A stretch of DNA of 64,000 bases from Phoronis australis (GCA_002633005.1 NMRA01000021.1:1519392-1583391), one strand, 5' to 3'; positions 1 to 14,100 are shown, counted from the stretch's first letter. The notes: generated by a model from the letters alone, not told the origin. Program-made: numbers and translations.

Positions 1-88
1 TTGTCATCAGAATTACTCAGTGTTGCTGTGTGCCACGTAAGCCTACACGAGAGATACTTGAACGCATGTCCATTTCAATTCTGTGCAG

Positions 89-249
89 CTGAACTTGGTA
101 ACGGATCTGTAAAGGAGAAGAACACGGATCTCTACATGCAGCCGATAATGACAGTGCCGAACCCTCACGACCAAGAGCGCTACTCTGAGTACTCCCACAA
201 GTCCGGACATTCCCGAAGATCAGCGAATAGGGGCGACTTTTCTCTGTGA
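89..249 (+). CDS. Possible terminal coding exon of an upstream gene that starts outside the window
   Basis: Acceptor-like ttcaattctgtgcag ends at 88, followed by an open frame (ELGNGSVKEKNTDLYMQPIMTVPNPHDQERYSEYSHKSGHSRRSANRGDFSL*). The stretch is more GC-rich than its flanks. No family recognised. Confidence 0.3.
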
Positions 250-2469
250 TGTGACCAGTCGTTTAGCATCAGCACCGGATGAAGCTTGCTTAATTTGAAA
301 TATTTGTCAGACACTGGAGCGCCCTGCTTTCAAATTCAAGGTTCAAAACCAACAAACTGTATTCGAATCTCGCCTCAAAATCTATCAAACATCATCGCGA
401 ACTTTCACGCGATGTGATTGCCAACGGCGTTTGAGTAAAGTCTCGAGTACAGTTTAACAATCTCTGTTCAACGTTTTACTTCTCATTGTTTGCATTGTTT
501 CGATTTGAACTCAATGGGAACACGTGACTGATTTCGACGGTTCCGCTGGATTGGCAACCGGCGAAGGGATTCCGGCTTGCAGACCAATCGGATGTCTTAG
601 GCGCATGAACCTGCGGATGCGGCGAAGACAATCGAGTGCAGACATTATCAGAATCAGACTACTCTTTCTCCTCAAATTGGGGCCAGTGAATCGCCAATGT
701 TTAATTGAATTGCATTTAACTTAAGACAAGTTTGTACTTCAATAGCGTTTTGTTTATATGCAGTGAAATGAAACAAATATTGCCTGTTCCACTGCAACCG
801 TGAAATCAAATTGCTTTCAAGTTTTCAGATGCACAGTTATGACTAGTGCACAACATTTGGTTTTCTTGTCTTTTGAAAAATTTTGTGGAGTAATTCACAA
901 CATCTCTTCGGATTTAAAGATACTCTTTCCGTTGCATACGCCAAGTTAAACCACAGGATAAGTTTCATCAGTCGAACAACATTACTAAAATATAAACATT
1001 AAATAACGTTCAGCCTCGTTTGTGTTTGCATCATTGCACCTTTAACTGAAAAAACCGGGCGTGGCTTTCGCAGAAACCTCATCACGTATGGCGGCAGTTG
1101 AACGAGTAACCATAATATACGAGTCAACGGCCATAGGTGGTGGTGAGTCAGCAAAAAGTTAACTAAAATCTTCACTTTACGTTCAGTTGAATTTGAAGAT
1201 ATTTGGAGTTGTGTTGAATGTGCATCATTTGGACTTAAGCTTCGACTGGAGTAACTTGCGTTAAATAGAAACGGAATGAGTATCGTTAAGCAGTGCACAG
1301 TGTAACCCGAAAAACGAGAACTCGTAATTTCCGGTCATCGGTATGGAAATTCATTATAGTTTATTATTTTGGAATACACCGAAGGCGTTCTTTGAGTTTT
1401 TGTTTTATATTTGATGGAAGTGTTTGAACTATGATCACTAACGTAGCTATTTCATTAACAAAAATAGTCGGTGCTGAAAAGTTGACTGTAATGTGAAATC
1501 TATTTGCTGCATGTTACGTTCAAAATATTTCGATTTTTACGGATTGTAAAGTCTAGTGATTTGTATTCTATACGAGCGTAAAACTAAGTATGCGCGTTTT
1601 GTGTAAAACTATATATATACTGTTTTCATTGCTATTCATATAAAATATTTGAAGGAGTTTGAAACTGCTTTACGGAGGTTGACTTAACGATACACTTTAA
1701 CTCGTACCTATAAACAGTGGGTAGACACTAGTATAATGCTTTTAACCCTTAAGTGCCATATATGGATTTATACCACTACATCGCCTATCTGATCACGAAA
1801 ACCACGACATTTTATATCTCAAAGATAAATCTGAATATCTTGCTTCTGCTGATTTTTTATACTCGGGATTATTTTGTACATTGTGCGTTTTTTATAGGCT
1901 CTAAATTCTAAAGCCCTCTCTACACACTGATTTTTCGTACATGTGACCTTGTATACGACTCTCGTGTCGGATCATGTGGATATGTTTTCCGGTTTGACCA
2001 TTTGACTGAAACTCGTGTGCGAAGTCGTACACGAATATCGGAGTGTGCCAACAATTTGCTGAAAGTCGTTTTTGAAAGGTCTGAAATGTAGACAGGGATT
2101 TAGTTTGTGTACACGAACATGGGCATGCAGGTCCTAGGAAGAATAGGTTGCCACCACACCTCTTTTTATTACTGACTTCACCCATGTAGAAATGTATACA
2201 TTGGCGAAATTTAAAATTAATATGTTTAGTTACTGAAACAGAACTATTGCTTTGGATTGCAAACATCCTTGTAGGAACTCGTACAATAGATTCACCAAAC
2301 GAAGTGTAAAATATCTGCTTTTGTGTGTGTTTGTGTATGTAATTCACAAAATATTGTCAAAATTGAATTGTTTAACAATATATGATTCCAAGAAATGACT
2401 TGTTGGGTACTGGGTTTGGCTTGGGTTAGTTTACGAGTTGACTTGATGCACTTCGAGATTAAGAAGAAA

Positions 2470-3055
2470 TCTCGCTGGTTCCCTGCGTGCCGCTAGGTGG
2501 GGCGGTAGCCCGCAGGTATCACTTAATTTTCCTCGGTAAATTTTTTTACACCGGCGTTTCTGATTGGCTAGTCAAATTCTCAACAGGCAGCGCTTTACGC
2601 AAACAAACTGGTATGACTGATGGACTGAAGTGTAAATGGGGTCTGTTGTGCAGACAAATCGGGTGATTAAAATTTATGTTCAGGAAATGTGAAGCCTAGA
2701 AATTTTAATTGCGCCTTTTCGAGATGCATCTTTCTACTGTCGATGACTTTTGTTTACGATAGTGTCCTGTATTCATATAGTATGAATAACACACCGGTTA
2801 AATGGGCCAGATATGTGTTTATTGTACATGTATTTGCTTCAAGTACGCGGCTATTAAACATCACTGCAGAAACGAAATAGTTTCTGCGACGCCACTTGCA
2901 TGACAAGGCTAAAAATCGTTCCCAGCCCGCCATTTTTTCACGTTGTTGTGAAGCTAACCAAGGACTTCCGAGGTTACATCGACCAATGCTAAAGCGCGTG
3001 CCACTGCGTGATACCTGCGTGCTGGCTCTGCTAAGCACGCGGGGAACCAGCGAGA
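2470..3055. mobile_element. MITE-like element with ~21-bp terminal inverted repeats
   Basis: tctcgctggttccctgcgtgc at 2470 and gcacgcggggaaccagcgaga ending at 3055 are reverse complements with 1 mismatch. No coding capacity between them. Confidence 0.55.
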
Positions 3056-3204
3056 AGAACAAATAACCGTCATGGCAACTTAAGGCTTCGAGGATATATT
3101 TTTGTTTAAGCATGTATTTTGAAGATAGTTCCACCAGCGCAAGATACCACATTTAATAAGAAAATCAAATAAAATTAAATTATCGCATCAAAATTTACTT
3201 CGCT

Positions 3205-6200
3205 TCAAGGCAACCTTTGAGGAATCACATGACTCATGTGCGATGTCGTCTGCCATGAGAGTTTGCCACCAGTGGGCGAGGTTGCGGTGATAGTTTTAGG
3301 TATAGTCGCCAGCGCTGGATATTTAGGAAAATTCCACATGTTCTGTAGCCAAGTTGCTGGATACGACCACATTCCGTATGATCCAACACCTGATGTGGAG
3401 ATACTAAGGCATTTAGACAAGTCTCCTTCGGGTGGAGATTTCAGCTGAGAGTCGCTCTCGTTATCTCCTTGTTCTTTTGTTTCGTCTTCGGAACAGACAT
3501 CTTCTTCGACATTTTTGAAAACTTTTGAACTTGTTCCTTCAGGGCTGTCGTCGGATGTGGATGACACTTTATTGGCTAGTAAGGAAAAATACAAATTTAA
3601 TCGTAATATGTGAAGCTCGGTATGAACCCGCAAAAACGGGAAGGACATACGTACCGTTGACCATGGGTTCGATGGATCACCACCGGGGGGGGATCCGTAT
3701 CATGAAAGAAATTTTAAGGCTTGTGACAGGAATTTGGTTTTACACTCCCACTTCCCAACTGCTGAAGAAAAATATCCGCAAAGTAATTATGAGCGCAGCC
3801 ACAGTCTAGAAATAATTTATGAAAAATTCTCCCTAGCAGTTGTGAGTATATTATCAGAGACTGCACATTTGCTCAAGTGAGATTTAATTATTTTTAGAAA
3901 TAGCTGTATGGAGGGTAAGACCCAATTTCTGTCTTAAGGATTCCGGATGTGGACATTTTCAGAAATGCCAAAGCAACTGCGATGGTTACAACATGAGTTT
4001 TTGTTGACTTAAATTATTTTTATATAAAATACATTTAAATGTGAAGTCGTAAGGAATATAGTTTTAGCGTTTAGAATTCCGGGTCAGATCTGTGATTTTC
4101 TGCGTTGTGCCTGTGTGGGTTTTCTTCATGGGAACGGAAGTGAAGTAGGCTTACTGCCATGGAGCCCGGACAAGAAACGGGGTAGGAATGTCATTTTAGA
4201 TGGCTGAACAGCAATTGCAGGTAAGTGAAGTGAAAAACAGACGTTACAAACTGAACATTTGGCAACTTTTAAAGGTGTTTGTTTATTTTCATTAGCAAAA
4301 ACATAGAACTAGCCTCACTGAAACCACGTATAATTAACAGCTCTGAACATATTTGCCGCGTTTTCCACAAACAATTTAAAAGTTCAGAGACGGATATTCC
4401 ACCGTAGCAGCCATTTCGATAATACACCGCCAGAATTTCTAGACTGGCTGGCGTTAAAATTCATTTCGTAAAATTTTAACCAACATAATGCAAGTTTACT
4501 TACTGTCAGAATGTTGACGCTTTCTTCCTTTATCACTAGATAAAATGGCTTCTATAGAATGTGACGGCATCTGCTGTCCGTGTTTTGTGACTTTTTTAGT
4601 GTCTTCCAGAATTCCTTTAGTGTCCAATAGCTGAGTCGAGCAGTTGTGTTTTGAAGTCATTGGCACTGTTGGTACTTTAATGACAGGAGGCATCACACCA
4701 TTTCCGTGGAAACCAGTTCCCCATGTGGTGAATGGCGTTGCAGCGACTGTTGTCGGCAGAGCCATATCTATAACGCCACCTATTGGTACCATTGGTGACT
4801 GGGATGTGCTGACACCTGGTGGCAATCTCTCGTGTAACCATGGAAAGGCATTCCAGGGAAATAGCGTCGGCTGTTCTGGTTGATCAACGTTTTGCTTCTT
4901 GACTTGCGATAGTTGCCCCTGTTGGTGTGAAAGATATTGGTGAAAGTGGGTACACTCTGTTTGAACACATTATTGGATCGTCACTAAAATCAAAACTTTA
5001 GTATAGCCTAGTGCCCGTGAAGTGAAATCCACCGGCTGGCTACTGCACTTCAGGCACTACAACATCTTTGCTTTTGAAACAGTACAAATGCATAGACATA
5101 ATATTAAAAGCAAGATCCTTTAAGCAAACCGTATTTGGAAGTGTTTATTTCAAGACAATGGGAACTTCATTCGGAATTCTGAATATTTTATCCTAGAAGT
5201 GAAAACAAATGCTGCCACAAAACCGTTTCCGTCAAAATAGAACACTTGTGATTTAGACCATGAACCTCACTAAATTTGTCGGTCTCAACGTTCTCTCTTT
5301 GAGTGGAATGATTTCTGGACTCCGACCCGGACATAATGACACGCCGTGACAAGACAACTCAGTGTACAGACCATGGTCTCAAGCTATAACGAGATACCAG
5401 TTCTTTAGAAGATAAGATATAACCTTTACTTTGATAAAGAAACAATTTGAGACCGGCCAATTTCATAGTGGACCAAAGGATGGTGTTAGTTGTGAAGGAA
5501 AGTCTGTTTGTACTATCTTAATCTTTGACTTATATAGAAATAGTGGGTTCTTTCAATGTTACCTTTACTTTGTTTTTACCGCCACCAATTGCCCCGGGGC
5601 GAATAGAACCTGTCTCGTAAAACCTGGTGAGGATTTTGCTGACACAGCCGTGTGATACAAGAAGTTGCCGCGAGATGTCGCACGGTCGTACTCCCAGCAG
5701 CGCGAGCTCGACGATTCTTCGCCGAATGTGATCCGGTAATGGCCGACCATTCACGAATACGCCACCGAGTTGATTCACACCTGTTTGTCCTGAAATAGAA
5801 TATTCAGGATGAGTCAGTTCACCGCATTATCTGGCTTTTGTGACACTATATAAATCAGGACTATGAATAAGCACACTAAACTTCTCCACCGCCTATGCCA
5901 GTCACCAGGATGCGAGACCGTCTCGTTCACCAGATGGCTCACCAAGGACCAAGAACAGGCAAAAACAGGTCGTGGAAATCGAAGGATATTTCTAGAAAGC
6001 GACAATTTACGAGTAATGGAGGCAGAAGAAATGAAGTCCAATCATCAAAAGCAGGAATGGTCACCTGGCATTAGTACCGTTTGATTTCCCATATTAGATA
6101 TTTTAGTAACCGAGAAAATACAAAATGAAGATGTGTGTGACACGTGTTTTGATTTACGTCCATGCGCTATTTGAACTGGTTGTCTACAGGGCGATAGCAA

Positions 6201-8811
6201 AAGTTAGGCCTAATGCACAGAATTATGACAAGCTTGCACTGAACAACTTGCTCTTTCCCTCAATACCACTTTTCCAACAAAAACTACTCCAAACGCGCCA
6301 AATAGACAAGTAAGCTACTAACTGTTAACTTTCTCCACTTTCAGCTATGAAAGTGTTCAATGACACGTGACTTCTGGGCTTGGACATAACTGCCAGTGCA
6401 ACATTGCTTTTGTGAGACTCTGCACAGTCGCACACAAAGTGAACTGCCGTGACGATTGCGACCGAGTCATTTTGTAATCAGAAGCAATTATAGCGAACTG
6501 CCAGTTCTATCCAAGTCCCAAATTCTCACTAACGTACGTGTAAGCAAGGAGCAAGCCGAGAACGATTTTCATAACTATAAATGGTTTAACCAAAAAGTTG
6601 TATTATATTAATAAGAGGGTTTGTAAGAGATTTAAATAATTCAGACATGTTAAACGCGCAGTAAAGTAGGCATTCATTGGCTTTGGTTTTAATTTCAACA
6701 TATAATTGTACGGTGCTAATTTACAGTTACATAAGGGAAACAATTAACCGTGCGACTAACATTAATGAATCAAGACAGTGACGAATCTAGTTCGTCGGTT
6801 GGACACCTAGCTTTTGCATGCCCCATAAATACGAATGCGCGTACTAAAAATTTAGGAGCCGAAGCCCAGGCTTTCTCTGGAACTTGTCATCGAACTTACT
6901 GTAGTAATTATGCTTTTTGTACTTCTATGATGTCGTGCAAACTGAAAGAATATTTCTTTGATCTTTGTTATTCTTACTCAAGCTGCAAATAATTGTTCAC
7001 GTGACCTCAAGGAGTCAAGTTACAAATTTGAGATCAAACTTGGAATTGTAGATTTAATGTTGGACAGGTCAACTGCGAACTTGGCCAGTGTGCTCATTTA
7101 TGTAAATCGCAGTGAAGTCCAGCGCAAAACGTAAAGACCCTTACGAACTATTACTGGAATTGTACAGAAAATAACAAACTAAATTGAATATTTCCATACA
7201 TGCTAACTATGTGTATTTATTCAAGTTATACAACACAAGAACATGGGCGGCGCAGCACTGAAATAAGTGGGGGCCATAGCCCTCAGTCCCTATCGGGTGC
7301 GCTGCCCATGCCCTGCTGCGCCGCCCGCCATGACGAAGCGAAACGATATTTTAAACCAACGTGTGTGCATTTAGTGTAAACAGCTATGCATCAAATTGAT
7401 ACCATAACAAACTAGGTTACGTTGGGTATAAAAGAAACACTGAAATTTTACATTAAAGGGAAATTCTCGACGAAAAATGTAATTTTACAGAAATTAGCCG
7501 TTGAGCCTAATCCACGCGCTCAATAGAAGAGCATTTTAAGCTTATTTAAATTATAGACACCGGCCTTGATTTCAGTGACTGTCTGTCGGAAAACGCCGCA
7601 AGAACTGGCTATTTCTAATAAAATCTCAAAAAGACAACGGATCTTGTTGTTTTATAGCTCTGGTCAAAGGTAATAACTTCAAGACGTCAATCTCACCCAA
7701 CTACAATGCGTGTTTCGGCAATAAAACCGATATCGTCCCTTGAAAACATGACAAATAAAATTCCCTTATTCACGATTTGTCACCATTTCAATGCATAACA
7801 TGACCGACGACCCAATTATCTGACCACTGGCGTTTTCATGAATGTATAAATCATTATAGTTTCATAATGTTGCTTCCGGGATCAATGAAGGCTTGAATTA
7901 CGTAGAGACAAGAATCTCGCGAAAACACAAGAATACATAAGACTTCTCGAGATATCGTCATAATCAGTACAGAGATATTCTTACGTCTTCAAACTCCTAT
8001 CCATGGGCGGCGCACTATAGCGGGGGGGGGGGCGGGGGCTGGTCGGCTGAGAGGGTTATAGCCCCCCACTTTTTTTCAGTGCTGCGCCGCACATTGAATA
8101 TCCAGGTTTAAGACGAGATAATTACCAGGTCACAGTCTTCGTCACGAAGCCGCTAGTTATTTGAACTGCCGTACTTTCTGTCAAAGCATTTTACATTTTA
8201 CCGTTATAAAATTGGTATCACCTTGCTTCGTACTTAATTTAAAAGTAGTCCCTGGGCTGGGGAGGAACTGACAGCTGAGTTCGTTATTTTTTCGGACCAA
8301 GCTCAGGGATTATGTTTAAATTGAGCATGGAGCGGGGCAACGCCAATTTTATGAGCTTGGTTTGAAAAAGTAACGAGTTCTGTCCAAGCTGAGGACTCGG
8401 GCCTGTTTTGACTGAGGGACAATTTGTGACGAATTTCATAACGATAAGTGTTTTTCGACAGAAAAGGTAGTTGATCTTCTAACACATATAGCGTGTTCTT
8501 AGCATTTGTTTGAATTGAATTCGTTACACTTAAAAATCGCCAGGAATTGTCCCTTTCCTAAGGCGAAGTGAGACTAACTCGCCGTGGGCTTGGTTTGAAG
8601 CCAAATAACCACCCTTTTATTGTTCATGACTAGAAATCATTACTTATCTAAGTAAGGATCAAGACGAGGTCGAGTATAAATCAGTAAATATCCAAAATTC
8701 AAAAGTTTTTGATAGAAGGCGTATTTTCGTGACTTCAAATATTTTACACTTCTGTATTTGCTAATAAAAATTTCCATGAGTGAATGCCGAAATCTTACCT
8801 GTATGCGGCAT
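3205..8811 (-). CDS. poxn: Paired-box transcription factor, Pox-neuro (Poxn/PaxA) class; 4 coding exons, ~341 aa
   Basis: Exons: 8811-8799 (ATG CCG CAT ACA G|gtaag, MPHT-G); 5789-5563 ([75 protein letters not shown]); 4918-4504 (contains octapeptide-like HSIEAILS); 3575-3205 (ends in stop). All introns are GT-AG with compatible phases (1,0,1), total 1026 nt. MPHTGQxGVNQLGG and [22 protein letters not shown] match Poxn as I recall it. Confidence 0.88.
5563..5789 (-). CDS. poxn: Paired-domain (PAI subdomain) exon of the Poxn-type gene
   Basis: Canonical paired-box N-terminal half. Acceptor ttctatttcag; two in-frame donors, after 5569 (AAA|gtaaag) and after 5563 (AAG|gtaaca). Confidence 0.95.
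7242..7332. mobile_element. Short GC-rich MITE (CATGGGCGGCGCAG-type ends), copy 1
   Basis: Starts catgggcggcgcagca and ends tgctgcgccgcccgccatg. Its left ~48 bp is the approximate reverse complement of the right end of the copy at 8002-8096. Confidence 0.55.
8002..8096. mobile_element. Short GC-rich MITE, copy 2 (inverted relative to copy 1)
   Basis: Starts catgggcggcgca and ends gccccccactttttttcagtgctgcgccgcacattg. Confidence 0.55.
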
Positions 8812-10872
8812 CTTCCTTCACTACTCCGTCTTTATTGTACCTGAAATAAACAGAGAATGTCTTGTGTCTTACTAAAACTTCGTACTCGTGGGAAATATAA
8901 TCTTGTCACGCTGAATATGACCGACACGGGTCCGTAAATTGCAACTAATTCTTGCTAACTCTATTCAAGTAGCAATTCGAGTTCCCTCAATACTATGCAT
9001 GACGTTCCTAAGGCCATATTCAGAAACTGTGATCGGACAGACCAGGCTGTGGGCTGTTTAAATTGTTTTGATGTCATTGTTTTCACACCTTCAAAGCCTC
9101 TCCACTTTGTGTGAACGTATCCTAACGGGGCGGTTGTTGGCGAAGGCTCTTTTAAGCGGAGCCGTGAAGCGAGAAATCAGATTGCATTCACAGAGAGAAT
9201 CGTTTAGTAACGCACTGCGGTCCAAAACACGTTTTCTATTGTGGACAACCTGTTCGCATTGTGTTAGCCTACATGCCTACAGATATATCCTCACTGAAGT
9301 TCCACCGACTGATTCAAGCCGAGTACGCATGAATTTAAAAATCGTGATTTGCCATGTAGCACGTTCTTTCGTCGGAAACGGTGCACTGCCTTTGTAAATT
9401 AAAAACGACTTGCCATGACTGCTTGCCAGTAGGCGAACAAAATCTGTTTCTGTGATCAGCCTCAGACCGCGTAATCTAGCCGGTTATTCTCACGTCGCAG
9501 CCACACGCTTTGCTGCGGGCTAAGCTAAATCTATCTCAGTACATCACTGAGTATTTTTAGTGTAATTATTTGACTGGGAGAGACACAGAACGTATGGAAA
9601 AAATGACAATTGCGGGTCTGTAATGAATTCACAAAAACACAACGGATTTTAGTGTCTTATAACTCCTGCCAAAGTTAAATATAACTTCGGAAAAGTTTAT
9701 CTCGTTCAACAGTAACGGTACCCATAACATACGTTTTTAGGTAAAAGGATAACATCCCGGCGAAGTGCCCCTTCAGCGTTATTTCGCCTTGTATTAACCT
9801 GTGCAAAAATATACTAGCCAGTTATCGCTCATGAAGCATCTGGTTTTCGCTTAACGTTTTCATTATTTCTGACACCAATGTTTTCTTGTTATGCCTCTGA
9901 ATGATTGGGTTTATTGTTGAAACATTTGATAACTAATTTACAATTACAAACACAAATACCGAAACCAAAAACATAAAACCAACTTTAATTGGAATTGATT
10001 TCAAATTTTCAGCGACAAGACACGGTATTCTTTACATGGGCTTAGTGTCACCTGGTTTTATAAGATCAATTTTCCAAAATGATTACGCATTGTATTTCGT
10101 ATTTGTTTTAAATCACAATTAATGCCTGTATGATACCATCATTTCGGGCAGCCTACACAACACCCGGAAAACAACCCCCAGCTTTTCTCAAACTAAATCC
10201 ATCACTGTTTCCACGTCTGTCCTATTTGTCGTGATGTAAACATCCCAGCGGTACACGAATTTCGTAAACAACTAGCTTTGAATGTTTACTTCTGCACTCA
10301 TCCGAAAGACAGCCTGCGATTCCCGCCAATTTCCGTTACGTGTACGCCTCTAATTTGCAACAGTGACGACTGAGGTGTCAAAAGGCACACGAACCCTTGA
10401 AATTCGACACACTGGAGCTTTGCTTGTACTATGATTTGCCAGGCAAAACGCGAGTCCTCTTTTACGTGGCTATAAGACCGTGATCAATCATACGACTATT
10501 GCAATGCCGACTTTGAGTAGAATGCCGAAATGCGCACCCACATGTATTTTACAATCTGTACTGAAGTCACCTTGTTTTAATATCACCGACGACTTCTCAC
10601 TTAACTGAATGCGTGAGTCGTTCAACGACGCAATGAGTAAATTTTTTAAGGTATGCTTGTGCAAAAACGCATTTTATCAGGTGGGATCAAAATTCAATCA
10701 AAGCCGCAAACAGCGTTTGATTGTTCAGCTCATCTAACAGTAATTCAGTCGACCATGAGGTAAGATGTCATTTAGGCAGTCGGCCTATACCTTGGCCTCT
10801 GGGGAGATATTCGCTAAGATCATTGGCCAGCGGAGTTACGTTATGGCTCAACTAATCATGTGACCACTATTA

Positions 10873-11160
10873 NNNNNNNNNNNNNNNNNNNNNNNNNNNN
10901 NNNNNNNNNNNNNNNNNNNNNNNNNNNNNNNNNNNNNNNNNNNNNNNNNNNNNNNNNNNNNNNNNNNNNNNNNNNNNNNNNNNNNNNNNNNNNNNNNNNN
11001 NNNNNNNNNNNNNNNNNNNNNNNNNNNNNNNNNNNNNNNNNNNNNNNNNNNNNNNNNNNNNNNNNNNNNNNNNNNNNNNNNNNNNNNNNNNNNNNNNNNN
11101 NNNNNNNNNNNNNNNNNNNNNNNNNNNNNNNNNNNNNNNNNNNNNNNNNNNNNNNNNNNN
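10873..11160. other. Assembly gap (N run)
   Basis: 288 consecutive n. Confidence 1.

Positions 11161-11194
<34 letters not shown>
11161..11194. repeat. (AT)n microsatellite next to the gap
   Basis: 17 perfect AT units. Confidence 0.95.
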
Positions 11195-11196
<2 letters not shown>

Positions 11197-14100
11197 ACAA
11201 AAAGTGACACTACACGTGTACATGTAACTTTAATCCCATGTTAAAATGACCTTACAGTACATCGGAGTCAAGATCCCAAGTACCCTGAGCAGGAAATACA
11301 CCCCGGATTAAAATTAGACATGTGGTCCTATAGTTACGGAATTAACGAAGATAAGGAAAATCGTTGGTCTTCCTAACCCTTATACGTGCTTTTTATTCTT
11401 GTGCTGTGAAAATATGTCTTGAAATAATGGGCGTCCTATTATTAATGATTCATGCCATTCGATCTTAAATGCATGTACGTGTACAGTGTAATACACTTTG
11501 AGGTGTGCGAATAGTCGTAAACTTTACGGTACTTCTATTTTTTATCTTGTTAGTCAACTCCTCAAGAGCAACTCCTTGCCATAACCATCTTAAAATACAA
11601 TACACCTCTAATTAATTAAATTAGGCTCACACACAAACTGTAATTATTTATTCACTACATGTAGTTATCTCATCTCTTAAACCTTTTTGCATCCAATCCA
11701 TTTCTCCCCACTTTTAAATTTTCCCAGAACAACCGGTGTCTAATCAAGGCTCAAATCCTCCAGGTATATACACATGTATTTACAGTTATTCAAATACGCC
11801 TAAATACCATAGAATGTTTTCTTCAGCTTATGTCGTCGCAATTTCCTGTCCGTCCAGCGTATCAATATAATTGGATCTATGCATAATTGCAGTGTATGGC
11901 ATATAAGCGATTGTTGCGACTTGACAATACGGGGAAATCCTTTGAAGGCAGTGTTCTTGGGCAACTGTGAATTTATTTGTAAGATCGTTGATTCACCTCT
12001 GTCCTCACGAGACTAGTATATATCTAAGGCGGGTGGAATGAGGAACGGTTTCTAACTGATTTAAGCTACACTTTCAGACCATTGTTTCTAGTTCATTGTC
12101 GTAGATATATTTTTTTTAAATTCCAGCGACATTTTCAATGAGGAATCGTATTTTAATTAACTTCCTTATTTTGTTAGCAAAATTCTCATTTTCGTAAGCG
12201 TACAAAATGGCTTCAGACATGAAAAATGATTAAAAAATGCATTCTGACAAATCTATTATCAACATAAATAGTTAACTACCAGTGCGAATTGAAGACAATG
12301 CGACGGAAATAAACAAAATGTAATAATATGTAGAGTGAACTTGCAACAGAATAAAAATTTAGAGAAGGTACATAAATTATCTAACGATACAATTTTTATG
12401 AAGCAATTTCAAGGTTATTCCTTTATGGACATACAAAACGTGTCCTTTTGCTGCTTAACAGAAAAGAAAATACCAAGCTTACCTTCAGAATTTTGTCTTT
12501 GAGGCGTTGTGATAGTCGTCTACGTAATTTGAAACAAGCGTAAAGGGAAGCGTAAAATTCAACGCACGTTCCGCACGTGCCTATGTCAGGCTTGCACCAG
12601 AAACTGTTAGTCACGGTCGCGCGTGTCCCGTTTTCTACTCCTGTCCAGAACTCAGCGGGGCACCTGGCTTGTTGCTACGCGAACGTCTTAGCCAATCAGC
12701 ACAGTCATAAAGGATAATGCGACTTGAATCGGAAATCTTATGAATGTAATAGCGAATTGGCAAGCTCCTTCGAACGATGGAATTTAAAATAATTCTGATT
12801 GGTTCCTGAACTGCACGCGAAGGACATGAAATAAAACAAATAACACGCGTTGTCATGGTTTTTGATTTGAAAAATTTAAACCTCTTACGCGCGTTTCAAG
12901 GGAGATTTTCAACGAAATAAATGGTTGTACAGAAATTAGCAGTAGCACTAACCCACTAACTCAGCAGTTGTTGCCGACCGAACGCGCTACTACCGTTGAG
13001 CCAAATCCCACGCGTTAAATAGCACGGTACGTTAAGCGTATTTGAACGGTAAAAAGCTTGCCTTGATTTCAGAATGTCTGACGGACAATGGCGTGAATCT
13101 GCGATTTGTAATACAATCGCTACAACGACGAATTTTATAATTTTATAACTCTGACAAATCCCATTCAACTAGAATCCCCAAATTGCGTTTTTGGCTGCAA
13201 AAGACGATGATAATTTCATTTAACTTACGAATATCTACACGAAAAGCCGCTTCAACGAAAAACTGATACATGAAGACGATTCTTGTAAAGGTTTTCACAT
13301 ACCCATTTCGATTGAACACAAATTCAATATCAAGCATCAATCATGAGTCAATGTTTCCACATAAAGTGTCGGTGATTGAGCTTATGAGAGGTGAGTGATT
13401 TTTCACGCGTAAAACCGTTTAAACTTGCTTCAATTGTTTCGCAAACTTGGAGACTAGAGGTTCTAGAAGTGCACACAATCTCACTTTAAAAGATTGAACA
13501 CGACCCCTTGTTGCAAATCTGTGAGGGTAAACGTTTTCAAATTTTGTGAATTGTTAAACTACTGAATGATGTAAATCGTGTCCACGACAGTAAACTCGTG
13601 CCAGTCAAAAGAAATTAACTGCTGATTCGGAATTTCTATTTTTCCTTTATCGTTGTAATTGCCAAATGACTGAAATCACCTGCCTGAGTGAAACTAATTG
13701 GTCATTTTCAATTTAAAACCAGCATTGAGCATCGCTTGCCTATCAACTTTCACGGGTTAGCGATTTCCATCGACCACGGTTTAGACAGTAATTAGACATC
13801 CTTCACTTCGTGTTGATGTAAATGAAACTATGATTGTTTTCTTACTTTCAGTAATACACAATTATGTTTTAACCAAAGCTATTGGAAGACTTTTGCTACA
13901 TCAAAATGATTCTCTACAAGGTTTCTTTTGCGTACTTACACATGCTGGATACTTTTTATGCAGTTCCGTCAAGAAAAGGGTTTATTTTTCATTGTCAGAT
14001 GTTGGGTAAGTTGGTTGTTACGTCATATCCTTTTCAAGTCTCTTAGATGAAGCACTGACGAATTTTCAAGAATCAAAAGGAACTACGTGCGAGTCTTTTA

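Noticed and set aside
1901-2347. 148-aa minus-strand ORF
   Set aside because: Non-ATG start, no recognisable domain or splice context, and it lies downstream of the Pax stop codon. Likely a chance ORF.
10848-11223. ORFs spanning the N run
   Set aside because: Artefacts of the assembly gap and the (AT)n tract.
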